Shown piece after piece: positions 30,450-39,797 of a stretch of DNA of 64,000 nucleotides. How positions within the stretch are numbered: position 1 is the stretch's first letter; the number at the start of each line of letters is the position of its first letter. The stretch is from a virus: the IMG/VR virus record IMGVR_UViG_3300030329_005017, positions 4,914 through 68,913 of that record; one strand, 5' to 3'. Both the position numbers and the translations under genes were made by a program. The notes beneath the pieces were generated by a model. It did not search any database. It saw nothing but the letters and a program-made list of their open reading frames with translations, and had not been told where the DNA came from.

Positions 30450-31583
30450 ATGTTAGACATACAGTATATTCTTAGTACATTTTTGTTGTTGTTTTCAGGC
30501 GCACTGGTTTTCTTTATGGCTTGTGGTTTTTCAATGTTGGAGTGTGGTTTAGTTAGGGCAGCAAACGCAGTAGATATTCTTAAGAAGAATGTAGGGTTAT
30601 ATTGTGTAAGTGCTATCTTTTTTGCTTTTGGTGGATACAGTATAATGTATGGAAACTTTGAAGGTATTGGTCATTCATCAGCAGCAGACCTTTTATTTCA
30701 AATGGTTTTCGTAGCAACAGCTGCTTCTATTGTTTCTGGCACCATCGCTGAGCGAGCGAGGTTTTGGCCGTTTATGATTGTAGTAGCTGTGTTGTCTATT
30801 ATTATTTATCCCATTCAAGGCGCTTGGGCTTGGGGTGGTGGTTGGTTAAGTGAGATAGGGTTTAGTGATTTCGCTGGCTCTACTATTGTTCATAGTGTTG
30901 GTGGTTGGGCAGCCCTTGCAGGTGCTATTCTTTTAGGAGCACGAAAAGGCAGGTATAATAGCGATGGAACAATTAACACATGGCAGTTTGAACCTTCTAA
31001 TCTTACAGCAGCCACGATAGGCACATTCATTCTGTGGTTAGGGTGGTTTGGTTTTAATGGTGGTTCTCAACTTGCGATGGCTTCTAAAGATGATGTTGAT
31101 GCTATTGCTAATGTATTCGCCAATACTCACATTGCAGCAGTAGCTGGTTCGTTAGCTGCCCTGGCTCTATCAGTAATCAAAATTTCTCATAAAAAAGGCC
31201 GCGGCCTGTTTTTCGATAATAAAGAAGTTAGCCTTCCATTTATGTTGAATGGAGCTTTGGCAGGTTTGGTAGCCATTACTGCTGGTCCCGACTACCCATC
31301 TTTAGAGTTAGCTGTTTTGATTGGAGCTATTGGTGGTGTTATTATGTTTATTGCGACACCTTTGTTTGATAAGGTAAGAGTTGATGACCCTGTTGGAGCG
31401 CTTTCCGTTCACTTGGTTCCTGGCATTTGGGGAACATTAGCTGTGGGCATTTTCAAAGAAGATGTAAGCTTTCTATCGCAGCTACAAGGTGTAGGAGCTA
31501 TTGGTGGGTTTGTATTTGTTACTAGTTTTATTCTTTGGTTTATTTTGAAGAAGACAATGGGAATTAATAGCGAGGAACAATAA
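30450..31583 (+). CDS. amtB: Ammonium transporter (Amt family)
   Basis: FQMVF, SGTIAER, DFAGSTIVHSVGG, WLGWFGFNGGS, NGALAGLVAIT, DDPVGALSVH. Multiple TM helices. Confidence 0.95.
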   Translation: MLDIQYILSTFLLLFSGALVFFMACGFSMLECGLVRAANAVDILKKNVGLYCVSAIFFAFGGYSIMYGNFEGIGHSSAADLLFQMVFVATAASIVSGTIAERARFWPFMIVVAVLSIIIYPIQGAWAWGGGWLSEIGFSDFAGSTIVHSVGGWAALAGAILLGARKGRYNSDGTINTWQFEPSNLTAATIGTFILWLGWFGFNGGSQLAMASKDDVDAIANVFANTHIAAVAGSLAALALSVIKISHKKGRGLFFDNKEVSLPFMLNGALAGLVAITAGPDYPSLELAVLIGAIGGVIMFIATPLFDKVRVDDPVGALSVHLVPGIWGTLAVGIFKEDVSFLSQLQGVGAIGGFVFVTSFILWFILKKTMGINSEEQ

Positions 31584-31985
31584 ATGTTTGAATATAGTGC
31601 AAAAGTAGTTAGAATAGTCGATGGGGACACGCTTGATGCGGAAATCGACATTGGTTTTGATGTGTTTGTAAAGAAGCGTATTAGGTTGTATGGCATTGAT
31701 ACTTGGGAATCAAGAACGAGAGATATGGAAGAAAAGAAGAAGGGGCTAGCAGCTAAGGCACGCTTGATTGAGATACTAGAGGATAATGGAAATAAGTTTG
31801 TTTTACAGAGCCATGAGCTTGGGAAATATGGTCGGGTGCTTGGTTCCATCATTCTTGATGATGATATAGATGCGTGTGACATTCTGTTAGAAGAGGGTCA
31901 CGCTTATTCTTATCATGGCGGAAACAAAGAAGAAGCGAGAGCTAAGGCCGCAGCCATTTTGGCTGAAAGGAGTAATGATGGCTAA
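31584..31985 (+). CDS. Thermonuclease (SNase-like)
   Basis: RIVDGDTL, RIRLYGIDTWE, GKYGRVLG. Confidence 0.9.
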   Translation: MFEYSAKVVRIVDGDTLDAEIDIGFDVFVKKRIRLYGIDTWESRTRDMEEKKKGLAAKARLIEILEDNGNKFVLQSHELGKYGRVLGSIILDDDIDACDILLEEGHAYSYHGGNKEEARAKAAAILAERSNDG

Positions 31986-33936
31986 GAGTTTTATAGAAAC
32001 CATTAAGGGCGATAAGCCTATATTTTTTATCAACGCTCTTTGTGGTTTAGGGGATGTAGTTTCCCATCTAACACGCATTCCCGCAGTAAAAGAGAAATAC
32101 CCTAACCATACTGTTTGCTTCCTTCTGGGTGGGTTTGGCGCAAGCCCACGACTAATGAAGGAGATGATTGAAAGACAGGGTGAGATTGCCTTAATCATTA
32201 AAAACTATACATGGCATAGTCAACATGATAAGATGGAAGAGTTTATCAAAAAGACTTATGTTAAAGAATCTCGCGGCGACGTTTATGAAACATGGTCATT
32301 CTGTAAAGAGATTTTTTCAAATCAAGAACCCAGTTTTATGCAGTATGAAATGGCATTTCCTTATACCTATAATACTAGCTCTACACCAGAGATGTTAGAA
32401 GGTTTCTCCGACTTTGTTAATACAAAAACAGTAGTCATAAAACCTTTTACCACCGAAGGTAATGCTGAAGGTTTTGAGCATGATGTAGAAAACAATAGAT
32501 TTTGGTCAACTGAAAAATGGGTTTGTCTTATTGAAAGATTAAAGAATGACGGTTTCTTTCCTATCTTTATTGGATTGAAAAAAGACCTTCAAGATTTGCC
32601 AGAACAATGCCAAAAGAAAAATATAGACTTTTTAGATTTTACTGATAGATCTATTGAAGAAACCATTCTAGTAATCAATAACTCTAATGGGTGCATAACA
32701 ACAAACTCATGGGAGTGGAATATTGCAGCACGTTGTGGTCTTCCTACTATTTGTGTTTATTTGAAAAACCATTTCTTTCTGCCGATTCATGTGCCACAAG
32801 GACCATCTCCAATATGGGATAACTTGTATGTAGAAACAGATACATTTAGTCAAGAGCCAGAGTCTGCTTATCCAATAGCTGATGTTTTCAACTTCATTAC
32901 TGCTCATAAGAAAAAGCCTGATGTTGATTATTCTATCGCTATGATTACATATAACGATATGGACTGCATTGAAGACACATTAGAAAATGTGGCTCCTTAT
33001 ATTAAAAAAGACTTTGTTGTAGTAGATGGTGGCTCAACTGATGGCACTTTAGAAGTTTTGAAGTCACACAAAGATATTACATTACTAGAGAATAAGTGGG
33101 AAGATAACTTTGAAACTCAAAAGAACTTTGCTTTAGATGCAACTACAGAAGAATGGCGCTTGTTGATTGACGCTGATGAGCAATACGAACATCTTTTTTG
33201 GAATCAGTTATCTTGGCACATAGCGCAAGCTGTAGCTGATGAATCTGATTGTGTAAGTGTGCCTCGTATAAACATTGTTGATGGATTAACTCAAGAGATG
33301 GTTGAAAGAAATGGATGGAAGCTTTCACACTTTAATTGGATTAACTATCCCGATTATCAGCAGCGTCTTTATAAAAGAAACTGTAGATACGTAGGTCAAA
33401 CCCATGAGCGCATTGTTGGAGCAGAAAACCCAACCGCAATAATGGGTCAGCATATTATTCATAGGAAAAGTGCCTCACGACAGGAAAGAGGTCTGAAAAG
33501 AGAGCATGACCAATATGTGTTAGCTGCTAAAGATGCTAAACAAAAACTAGATACTAGCTCTAATGTTGTTATACATTGTGTTGAAAGTTTGGCTGATGAT
33601 GATAGAGTGAAAAAGTTAGAAGATAATATTCAGTTTCTTGTAGATAATAAAGATGGGTTTAGTCATGTATTAGCCACACCCGCACATAGTGACTTGACAA
33701 AAGAGGATGAATTTGTTAACTTATTAGGAGATGATAAGATAATAAGGTTTGCCAGTATACCAGAGCTGTTATATATCTTGGAAGAAGTAAAACCATATAT
33801 CATCCATATGCAAACTGACGTTGAAATAGAAGGTAATATTGGTAATGCTATTAAGAAGAAATCTAAACATTTTATAGAGAAGCATTTAGATGGCACACCC
33901 GAAGATGGCTTAAAGTTTTATAAGGCTATAGGATAA
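31975..33936 (+). CDS. Fused glycosyltransferase: GT9-like + GT2 + partial GT4-like domain
   Basis: GT9-like GLGDVV, FWSTEKW, NIAARCGLPT. GT2 motifs VVDGGSTDGT, IDADE. Start placed after the AAGGAG RBS. Confidence 0.8.
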   Translation: MMAKSFIETIKGDKPIFFINALCGLGDVVSHLTRIPAVKEKYPNHTVCFLLGGFGASPRLMKEMIERQGEIALIIKNYTWHSQHDKMEEFIKKTYVKESRGDVYETWSFCKEIFSNQEPSFMQYEMAFPYTYNTSSTPEMLEGFSDFVNTKTVVIKPFTTEGNAEGFEHDVENNRFWSTEKWVCLIERLKNDGFFPIFIGLKKDLQDLPEQCQKKNIDFLDFTDRSIEETILVINNSNGCITTNSWEWNIAARCGLPTICVYLKNHFFLPIHVPQGPSPIWDNLYVETDTFSQEPESAYPIADVFNFITAHKKKPDVDYSIAMITYNDMDCIEDTLENVAPYIKKDFVVVDGGSTDGTLEVLKSHKDITLLENKWEDNFETQKNFALDATTEEWRLLIDADEQYEHLFWNQLSWHIAQAVADESDCVSVPRINIVDGLTQEMVERNGWKLSHFNWINYPDYQQRLYKRNCRYVGQTHERIVGAENPTAIMGQHIIHRKSASRQERGLKREHDQYVLAAKDAKQKLDTSSNVVIHCVESLADDDRVKKLEDNIQFLVDNKDGFSHVLATPAHSDLTKEDEFVNLLGDDKIIRFASIPELLYILEEVKPYIIHMQTDVEIEGNIGNAIKKKSKHFIEKHLDGTPEDGLKFYKAIG

Positions 33937-33937
33937 A

Positions 33938-34672
33938 ATGGCAAATTTAAAAAATGTTCATCACATATGTATAGGTTATGATCAATACATTGACCTAATG
34001 TTTAATAGAGACATACTTCGACATAACTTTGCTAATGGTAATGACTTATGGCTTACTGTAGTTTATAATGGCGATCTTGATAGAGTTCCATCGGGGGCTG
34101 GAGAAAATACTTTTATTAAGATAAGTGATAATAGAGGTTACGCATATGGTGCTTTAGATGCTATTAATGTGGGTCTTAACTTTGCACTAGAGGGCTATAG
34201 AGACATTATAGTCTTGACTAACTTCGATGGTTATTTCTTTTCTGAGGAAAAATATCAAATTCTTTTAGATGAGTTTATTGAAAGTGGAAAGCCATTTAGT
34301 TCTGGTTATCATCAATCACACGATATGCCTTTAACTGATTTGATGCTGTTTAAGAAAGATTTCTTAAAGGAGCTATTACCAATAGAGGCAGAGATATATC
34401 CACCCCGTAAAGAGATAGAGTTTCTGCAACAGGAGTATGACGGCACACAGTTGGGTTTTCATAATGTAGAAGAATGGGTGCTTAATGCATTACATAAGAT
34501 GGGCAACCCAGATGAGTTATGGTATAAAATGCAAAGAGATGGTCATCCCCGATACAGATATACAGGGAAGTATGGTTTTGGTCATTTACATGATATGAAT
34601 GAGAAAAAGATGTATATGAAGCAACATAATGTATCAAAGGGTAGTATCATCGAAGCTTACATGAGGTCATAA
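33938..34672 (+). CDS. Putative GT-A fold glycosyltransferase
   Basis: NRGYAYGALDAINVG...IIVLTNFD pattern plus locus context. Confidence 0.5.
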   Translation: MANLKNVHHICIGYDQYIDLMFNRDILRHNFANGNDLWLTVVYNGDLDRVPSGAGENTFIKISDNRGYAYGALDAINVGLNFALEGYRDIIVLTNFDGYFFSEEKYQILLDEFIESGKPFSSGYHQSHDMPLTDLMLFKKDFLKELLPIEAEIYPPRKEIEFLQQEYDGTQLGFHNVEEWVLNALHKMGNPDELWYKMQRDGHPRYRYTGKYGFGHLHDMNEKKMYMKQHNVSKGSIIEAYMRS

Positions 34673-35760
34673 TGTATAATAGAGTAAGTTATAAGGGAGT
34701 GACGATTGAGAGAAGCCTTAATAAACCTATTGTCATTCATCACCTAAATGACTTGACATTAGGCGGAACTGAAAAAATGGTTCAGACCAATATGTTTTTC
34801 TTTGATCGTGATAATACGTTTGAACATTATTTAGCTTACAAAGCAGATGGAGATTTATCGCGAGAAGAATTCTTTAAGAAAATACTTGGTGAAAGAATGC
34901 TTCCATATAAGGGTGAGCAACACTTCATTAATATAGTAAGAGATAAGAAGCCATTTATTATCCATCGGTATTCTGCAGGTATTCCAGAGTTTCCTTTTGT
35001 AAAAGAAGTTAAAGCCAATACGGAACACTTTGTTTCTACATCTACTTTTGGAAATCAAGATACTACAATAGACATAAGTAAAGTTATTTATGTATCTAAA
35101 CATATCCAATGGCAAGCCGGTCAAGCCGGCAAAGAAGGACATAGCGTTATAGGTATTCCTGTCTTTTCGCCGAAGTCGGCTTTTCCTTGGCAGGAGGATT
35201 TGAGGGAAGAGTTAGGAATTCCTGCTGATGCTTTTGTTTTTGGTAGAATAGGTAGGGATGATGAAAATATTTATGACCCTATTAACATAAAGGCTTTTGC
35301 ACAGGTTGAGGAAGAAAATGTATTTTTTGTTCTTGTCAACCCTTCTGCGAAATGTAAAAGCGATATTGAAAGCCTTGGTATCAAAAATGCAAAGTTTATT
35401 GAGAGAACCACAGACGACAAAAGGATCAGCCAGTTCTACAACACTATTGATGTCCTAGCACATAGTAGAAAAGATGGTGAGTGTAGCCCACAAAATGTTT
35501 GGGAAGCTTTTTCTCATGGCAAGCCAGTTATAAGTCACTATGGTCACCCCTTCAACGGTCACATAGAAGTTATTCAAGATTGTGGCTTTGTTGTGTTAAG
35601 TGGTGATGTTGATGAGTATGCGAGAATTATGAAGAAGTTTATAAAAAAAGAGATTGATTACTTTAAAATATCTGAAAAATGTATTAAGAACTGGCGTGAT
35701 AATTGTATACCAGAGAATATTGCGAAGCAACAATTAGATCTTTATAAGGAGTTGTTGTAG
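34672..35760 (+). CDS. GT4 (GT-B) glycosyltransferase
   Basis: GGTEK, LREELGIP, FYNTIDVLAHSRKDGE...EAFSHGKPVI. Confidence 0.85.
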   Translation: MYNRVSYKGVTIERSLNKPIVIHHLNDLTLGGTEKMVQTNMFFFDRDNTFEHYLAYKADGDLSREEFFKKILGERMLPYKGEQHFINIVRDKKPFIIHRYSAGIPEFPFVKEVKANTEHFVSTSTFGNQDTTIDISKVIYVSKHIQWQAGQAGKEGHSVIGIPVFSPKSAFPWQEDLREELGIPADAFVFGRIGRDDENIYDPINIKAFAQVEEENVFFVLVNPSAKCKSDIESLGIKNAKFIERTTDDKRISQFYNTIDVLAHSRKDGECSPQNVWEAFSHGKPVISHYGHPFNGHIEVIQDCGFVVLSGDVDEYARIMKKFIKKEIDYFKISEKCIKNWRDNCIPENIAKQQLDLYKELL

Positions 35761-36755
35761 TGAAACATTTAGTAACAGGAGTGTGTGGCTTTGTGGCTTC
35801 TAACCTGGCAAGAAAGTTGTTAGAAGCAGGTCATCATGTAACTGGTATTGACAATATGTCGTGCGGTTATTTCTCAAATATCGCTGATCTTATTGGTCAT
35901 AAGTCGGGGTTTCATTTTGAAGAAGCCGATGTTAGAGATTGGAAAGGAACCGGTGAATCTTATGACGCTGTATGGCATTTAGCGGCAAGAGGGGAGCTTT
36001 ATTATTGTAGGGATCATATTGATGAAGCAATAGATGTTAACATAAAAGGAACTCTCAATATGTTGAAGCTCGCTAAAGAAAGTTTAGCTAGTCATTTTTA
36101 CTTTGCGGATACATCTGCTGAATACGATAGTTTTGAAGACGAACAATATTATCCTGTAGCCGAGTGGATGGCTCCAAACACTATTACTCCGATGGGGTAT
36201 TACGCTATTACAAAAATGGCAGCTAGTCAGTTTGTAAGAAGCTTTGGGAAGACCAACGACATAGGCACAACTCTGTTTCGATATACTAATATCTATGGCC
36301 CAGAGATGAACCTAAGCAGGGATATCCCTCCTGTTATTGGTTCGTTTGCTAATAAACTTTTTAATGGTGTAGCTTGTGTTATTTATGGCGATGGCTCAAA
36401 ACGCCGTGACTTTTTACACATAGATGATTTGAGCGACTTACATTTAGCAGCATTGGAGCATAGGCAAGATAAAAAAGATTCACAAACATTTAATGGCGGC
36501 TCTGGTGAGAATCATTCTATTCACGAAGTGTGGGAAGTTGTATACAATAGTTGTATAGAGTATTATCCCAATGCTTCGGGTAATGTTATTTATCAACCAG
36601 ATCAACCTAATGAAGCACAAATCACTTTGGTAAATATAGATAAAGCAAAGGAGCATCTTGGTTGGGAGCCGAAAATAAGTTTTAGTGAAGGAGTAGGTAA
36701 AACTGTAACTAATCTTTGGGAAAGGTTTTGTAATGACCGTAAGAGTAACGCCTGA
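35760..36755 (+). CDS. NAD-dependent NDP-sugar epimerase/dehydratase
   Basis: VTGVCGFVAS, YAITK, FRYTNIYGP, GDGSKRRDF. Confidence 0.9.
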   Translation: MKHLVTGVCGFVASNLARKLLEAGHHVTGIDNMSCGYFSNIADLIGHKSGFHFEEADVRDWKGTGESYDAVWHLAARGELYYCRDHIDEAIDVNIKGTLNMLKLAKESLASHFYFADTSAEYDSFEDEQYYPVAEWMAPNTITPMGYYAITKMAASQFVRSFGKTNDIGTTLFRYTNIYGPEMNLSRDIPPVIGSFANKLFNGVACVIYGDGSKRRDFLHIDDLSDLHLAALEHRQDKKDSQTFNGGSGENHSIHEVWEVVYNSCIEYYPNASGNVIYQPDQPNEAQITLVNIDKAKEHLGWEPKISFSEGVGKTVTNLWERFCNDRKSNA

Positions 36756-37062
36756 AATGCGCGAAAGAATTGATGCGAAGAAAATAGATATGCAAAAGGA
36801 AAATTACATTTACGAAAGCCCCGATGGTGGTAAAACTATTTATCGGAGTGAGATTTATGATGATGTTAGTGGCGTAAAGATAGATGATGCTGAGCAACTT
36901 CTACTCCCTTTTGATGAAACTAGAGCCCATCCTGTATATACTGAAGGATTCAATGCCGCTAGAGAGATGTTGGAAGCTGATAAAAAGATTATAGGCAACT
37001 TGAACGCAAAGGTTTTGGAGCTTGAAGAAATTATTGATAAAATTAGGGATCTTGTAAAGTAA
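36733..37062 (+). CDS. Hypothetical phage protein
   Basis: YESPDGGKTIYR motif recalled from small T4-like phage proteins. Confidence 0.55.
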   Translation: MTVRVTPEMRERIDAKKIDMQKENYIYESPDGGKTIYRSEIYDDVSGVKIDDAEQLLLPFDETRAHPVYTEGFNAAREMLEADKKIIGNLNAKVLELEEIIDKIRDLVK

Positions 37063-38057
37063 TGATTATAACCAAGACACCATTACGCATTACTTTTGCA
37101 GGCGGGGGAAGTGACATGGCTTCGTATTACGAAGAGCATCCTGGCACTTGTATATCCGCTACAATCAATAAGTATGTGTATGTGTTGGTTAAGAAAAGGT
37201 TTGACGATAAGGTTTATCTAAAGTATTCCGACAATGAAGTGGTGGATGTAAATAAAATTGATGATATACAACATGACTTCATTCGGGAAACTCTTAAGTT
37301 TATGAGTGTAGATTATGGTGTAGAGATTATCAACTGGGCTGACATACCTACAAAGGGAACTGGGTTGGGTAGTAGCAGTTCTTTTCTTGTTGGTTTGCTG
37401 CTTGCGTTACATACCTTGGAAGGTAGGCACGTTAGTAAGAAAACTTTGGCAGACCAAGCTTGCTATATAGAAATAGAAAAGTGTGGTAAGCCCATTGGAG
37501 TACAAGACCAATATGCTGCGGCTTTTGGTGGATTCAATCATATGGAGTTTTCTGCAGCGGAGCATAGAGTAAGTGGTTTTGGTTTTTGCGATCAAGAGAT
37601 AAGAGACATTTCTGAAAACCTACATTTGTTTTATACAGGAATAACAAGGGAGTCAAAAGATATACTAGCAACTCAAACACAAAATCTTATAAGCGATAAT
37701 GAAGTCGTTCAGAACATGCATCGTAATGTTGAGTTAGCTGAAGAGTTAGTTGAGCATTTAGTATATAAAGACATTGATGCTATTCCTATTGCTTTGAGAC
37801 AAAACTGGGAGTTGAAGAAAAAGTTTGCTGGTAGCATTAGTAACTCAGAGTTAGATAGAGTTTATGATGTCGCCACAACCATAGGTGGAGCAGGTGGTGG
37901 AAAAGTAATAGGCGCAGGTGGCGGAGGATTCTTTTTGTTTTGGGCTGAAGATAAAAAGAAACTAAAGGATGCACTGGCAGATTATCAAGAAATGCCATTT
38001 ATAATTGACAAGTATGGATCAAGAGTAGTTTTGAATCTGGAGACTTTGGCATGGTAG
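37062..38057 (+). CDS. hddA: D-glycero-D-manno-heptose 7-phosphate kinase (GHMP family)
   Basis: TPLRITFAGGGSD, GTGLGSSS, GVQDQYAAAFGG, GKVIGAGGGGF. Confidence 0.88.
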   Translation: MIITKTPLRITFAGGGSDMASYYEEHPGTCISATINKYVYVLVKKRFDDKVYLKYSDNEVVDVNKIDDIQHDFIRETLKFMSVDYGVEIINWADIPTKGTGLGSSSSFLVGLLLALHTLEGRHVSKKTLADQACYIEIEKCGKPIGVQDQYAAAFGGFNHMEFSAAEHRVSGFGFCDQEIRDISENLHLFYTGITRESKDILATQTQNLISDNEVVQNMHRNVELAEELVEHLVYKDIDAIPIALRQNWELKKKFAGSISNSELDRVYDVATTIGGAGGGKVIGAGGGGFFLFWAEDKKKLKDALADYQEMPFIIDKYGSRVVLNLETLAW

Positions 38058-38623
38058 AAAATGATTATTACAAAGACATCATTTCTGTATTACAAAAGAT
38101 AGAAGATAGTGAAGATAGAGGTACAATAAGAAAGATTACTAAGCTATGGCGACATGAGTATCAGCGCCTACAAGGTTTTGTTGGACATCGTAAGCGAGTA
38201 TTTATTATAGGTAACGGTGGTTCATGCGCTATTGCCGAGCACATTTCAACTGACCTTAATAAGCGATGTAGTGTGAAAGCGTTGACGCTAAGTAATAATA
38301 GTTTGCAAACTGCCCTTACCAATGATTATGGTCAAGAGAATACTTTTGTAGAATGGTTAAAAATGAATCATTTTAACAAGGGTGATTATCTTGTGGCCGT
38401 ATCTTCTTCGGGTAAAAGCAAAAATATTTTGAATGCTTTGGAATATGCTAACGATTGTCTTGGTTCAACTCTCTCTATTTTTGGAATGGATGGCGAAAAT
38501 CCATTTCCCGATAAATCCTTTGAGCATGATTATATTCACATTAACAACTATAACTATGGTGTAATAGAATTGACTAGTGAGATTATATTGCATGGCATAG
38601 TGGAATCGATGGTGATGAAATGA
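38051..38623 (+). CDS. gmhA: Phosphoheptose isomerase (SIS domain)
   Basis: IGNGGSCAIAEH, TALTNDYG, VSSSGKSKNI. Confidence 0.85.
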   Translation: MVENDYYKDIISVLQKIEDSEDRGTIRKITKLWRHEYQRLQGFVGHRKRVFIIGNGGSCAIAEHISTDLNKRCSVKALTLSNNSLQTALTNDYGQENTFVEWLKMNHFNKGDYLVAVSSSGKSKNILNALEYANDCLGSTLSIFGMDGENPFPDKSFEHDYIHINNYNYGVIELTSEIILHGIVESMVMK

Positions 38624-38799
38624 GTGATAGAATACTAAAACAGGTTTTACATAATGAAGCAGACAATACAATTATGATTACTATCTCTGATGAAGTTAAG
38701 GCTGAAACACTAAAGAAGATTTATACAATGTTGCTTGATGAAGAAATCAAACAGACCGAGCCAGAGGCAAAGGAGACGCCAAGTGGCAGAAGAAAGTAA
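38620..38799 (+). CDS. Small hypothetical protein (59 aa, not in the ORF track)
   Basis: ATGA overlap with the gmhA stop. Reads MSDRILKQVLHNEADNTIMITISDEVKAETLKKIYTMLLDEEIKQTEPEAKETPSGRRK and fills the gap. Confidence 0.55.
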   Translation: MSDRILKQVLHNEADNTIMITISDEVKAETLKKIYTMLLDEEIKQTEPEAKETPSGRRK

Positions 38800-39040
38800 G
38801 ATTAAAGAATTTCCATTAGATAAAGCCGGCGGCGGCAACACTGTAGTATGGTCGTGTAAGGCTTGTGGGCACAACATTACAGAGCGAATGGATGAACAAA
38901 ATGAGGACAAGTCAAAAGTGCTTCCACTAAATTTAGGTGGCATGATGATTTATGTTTGTCCTAACTGTCGCACCTTTCAAATGCCAGAAGAAGTTTTTGA
39001 TGAAGTTTTCAAGAAAGCTAATAGTAGGATAATCACATGA
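38783..39040 (+). CDS. Zinc-ribbon protein
   Basis: CKAC...CPNC. GTG start at 38783 after AAGGAG. Confidence 0.6.
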   Translation: MAEESKIKEFPLDKAGGGNTVVWSCKACGHNITERMDEQNEDKSKVLPLNLGGMMIYVCPNCRTFQMPEEVFDEVFKKANSRIIT

Positions 39041-39270
39041 ATAAAATAGATGACCTAGAAAGAGCAATGATGGCCAAGTTTGAGAAGGCCGAAGAAGAAG
39101 AGAAGCTTCGCAATATGAGCACAGCAGAAAAGCTTCAGCTGCAAGAAGAAGAGGAGCATGCTAAAATGGTTGAGTCTAGGTTTATTCAAAAGTTTAGTCC
39201 CGAATGGAGAAAGAAGAATAAAAAGAAAAAGAAGATAGCTAAAGCTAGTCGTAAAAGAAATAGAAAATGA
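39037..39270 (+). CDS. Small protein with strongly basic C-terminus
   Basis: KKNKKKKKIAKASRKRNRK tail and ATGA overlaps with neighbours. Confidence 0.55.
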   Translation: MNKIDDLERAMMAKFEKAEEEEKLRNMSTAEKLQLQEEEEHAKMVESRFIQKFSPEWRKKNKKKKKIAKASRKRNRK

Positions 39271-39797
39271 ACTATAAAAATTTAGGCTCTATAGATGCTC
39301 AACTGGTTCATGTTGAGATTGGTTGTGGTAATAATAAAAGAGAGATGCAAGGATACAAAGACATTGGTATAGATGTAGTTGATGGACCATGTGTTGATAA
39401 GGTTTGTAACCTAGGGTTTGAAGACATACCACTCCCTTCTGACTATGCTGACTTTGTTCAAGGTATTGATTTTTTAGAACACGTTCCTAAATGTTTGTGG
39501 GTTGATGGCAAGCGCACAGTTCCCTTGATTGATACGATGAATGAAATATGGCGTATTATGAAACATGGTAAAGAGCTATATTTAGAAACTCCGTTTTCTA
39601 ACTGGGCTTATAATCGTGATCCTACTCATGTGTCATGGCTTGCTGAAGACTGGTATAACTATTTCAAAAAAGAAGATAACCTATATTATGATCAAGGTTT
39701 AGTTACTTGTAATTTTCAAATAAAAGATTCTACTATTAAAGCCTATAAAAATCCCGATGACATTCTATGCACTACACTTGTGGCTATTAAGGTATAA
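39267..39797 (+). CDS. SAM-dependent methyltransferase (type 11-like)
   Basis: VEIGCG, IGIDV, FLEHV, EIWRIMKHG, DPTH. Confidence 0.85.
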   Translation: MNYKNLGSIDAQLVHVEIGCGNNKREMQGYKDIGIDVVDGPCVDKVCNLGFEDIPLPSDYADFVQGIDFLEHVPKCLWVDGKRTVPLIDTMNEIWRIMKHGKELYLETPFSNWAYNRDPTHVSWLAEDWYNYFKKEDNLYYDQGLVTCNFQIKDSTIKAYKNPDDILCTTLVAIKV

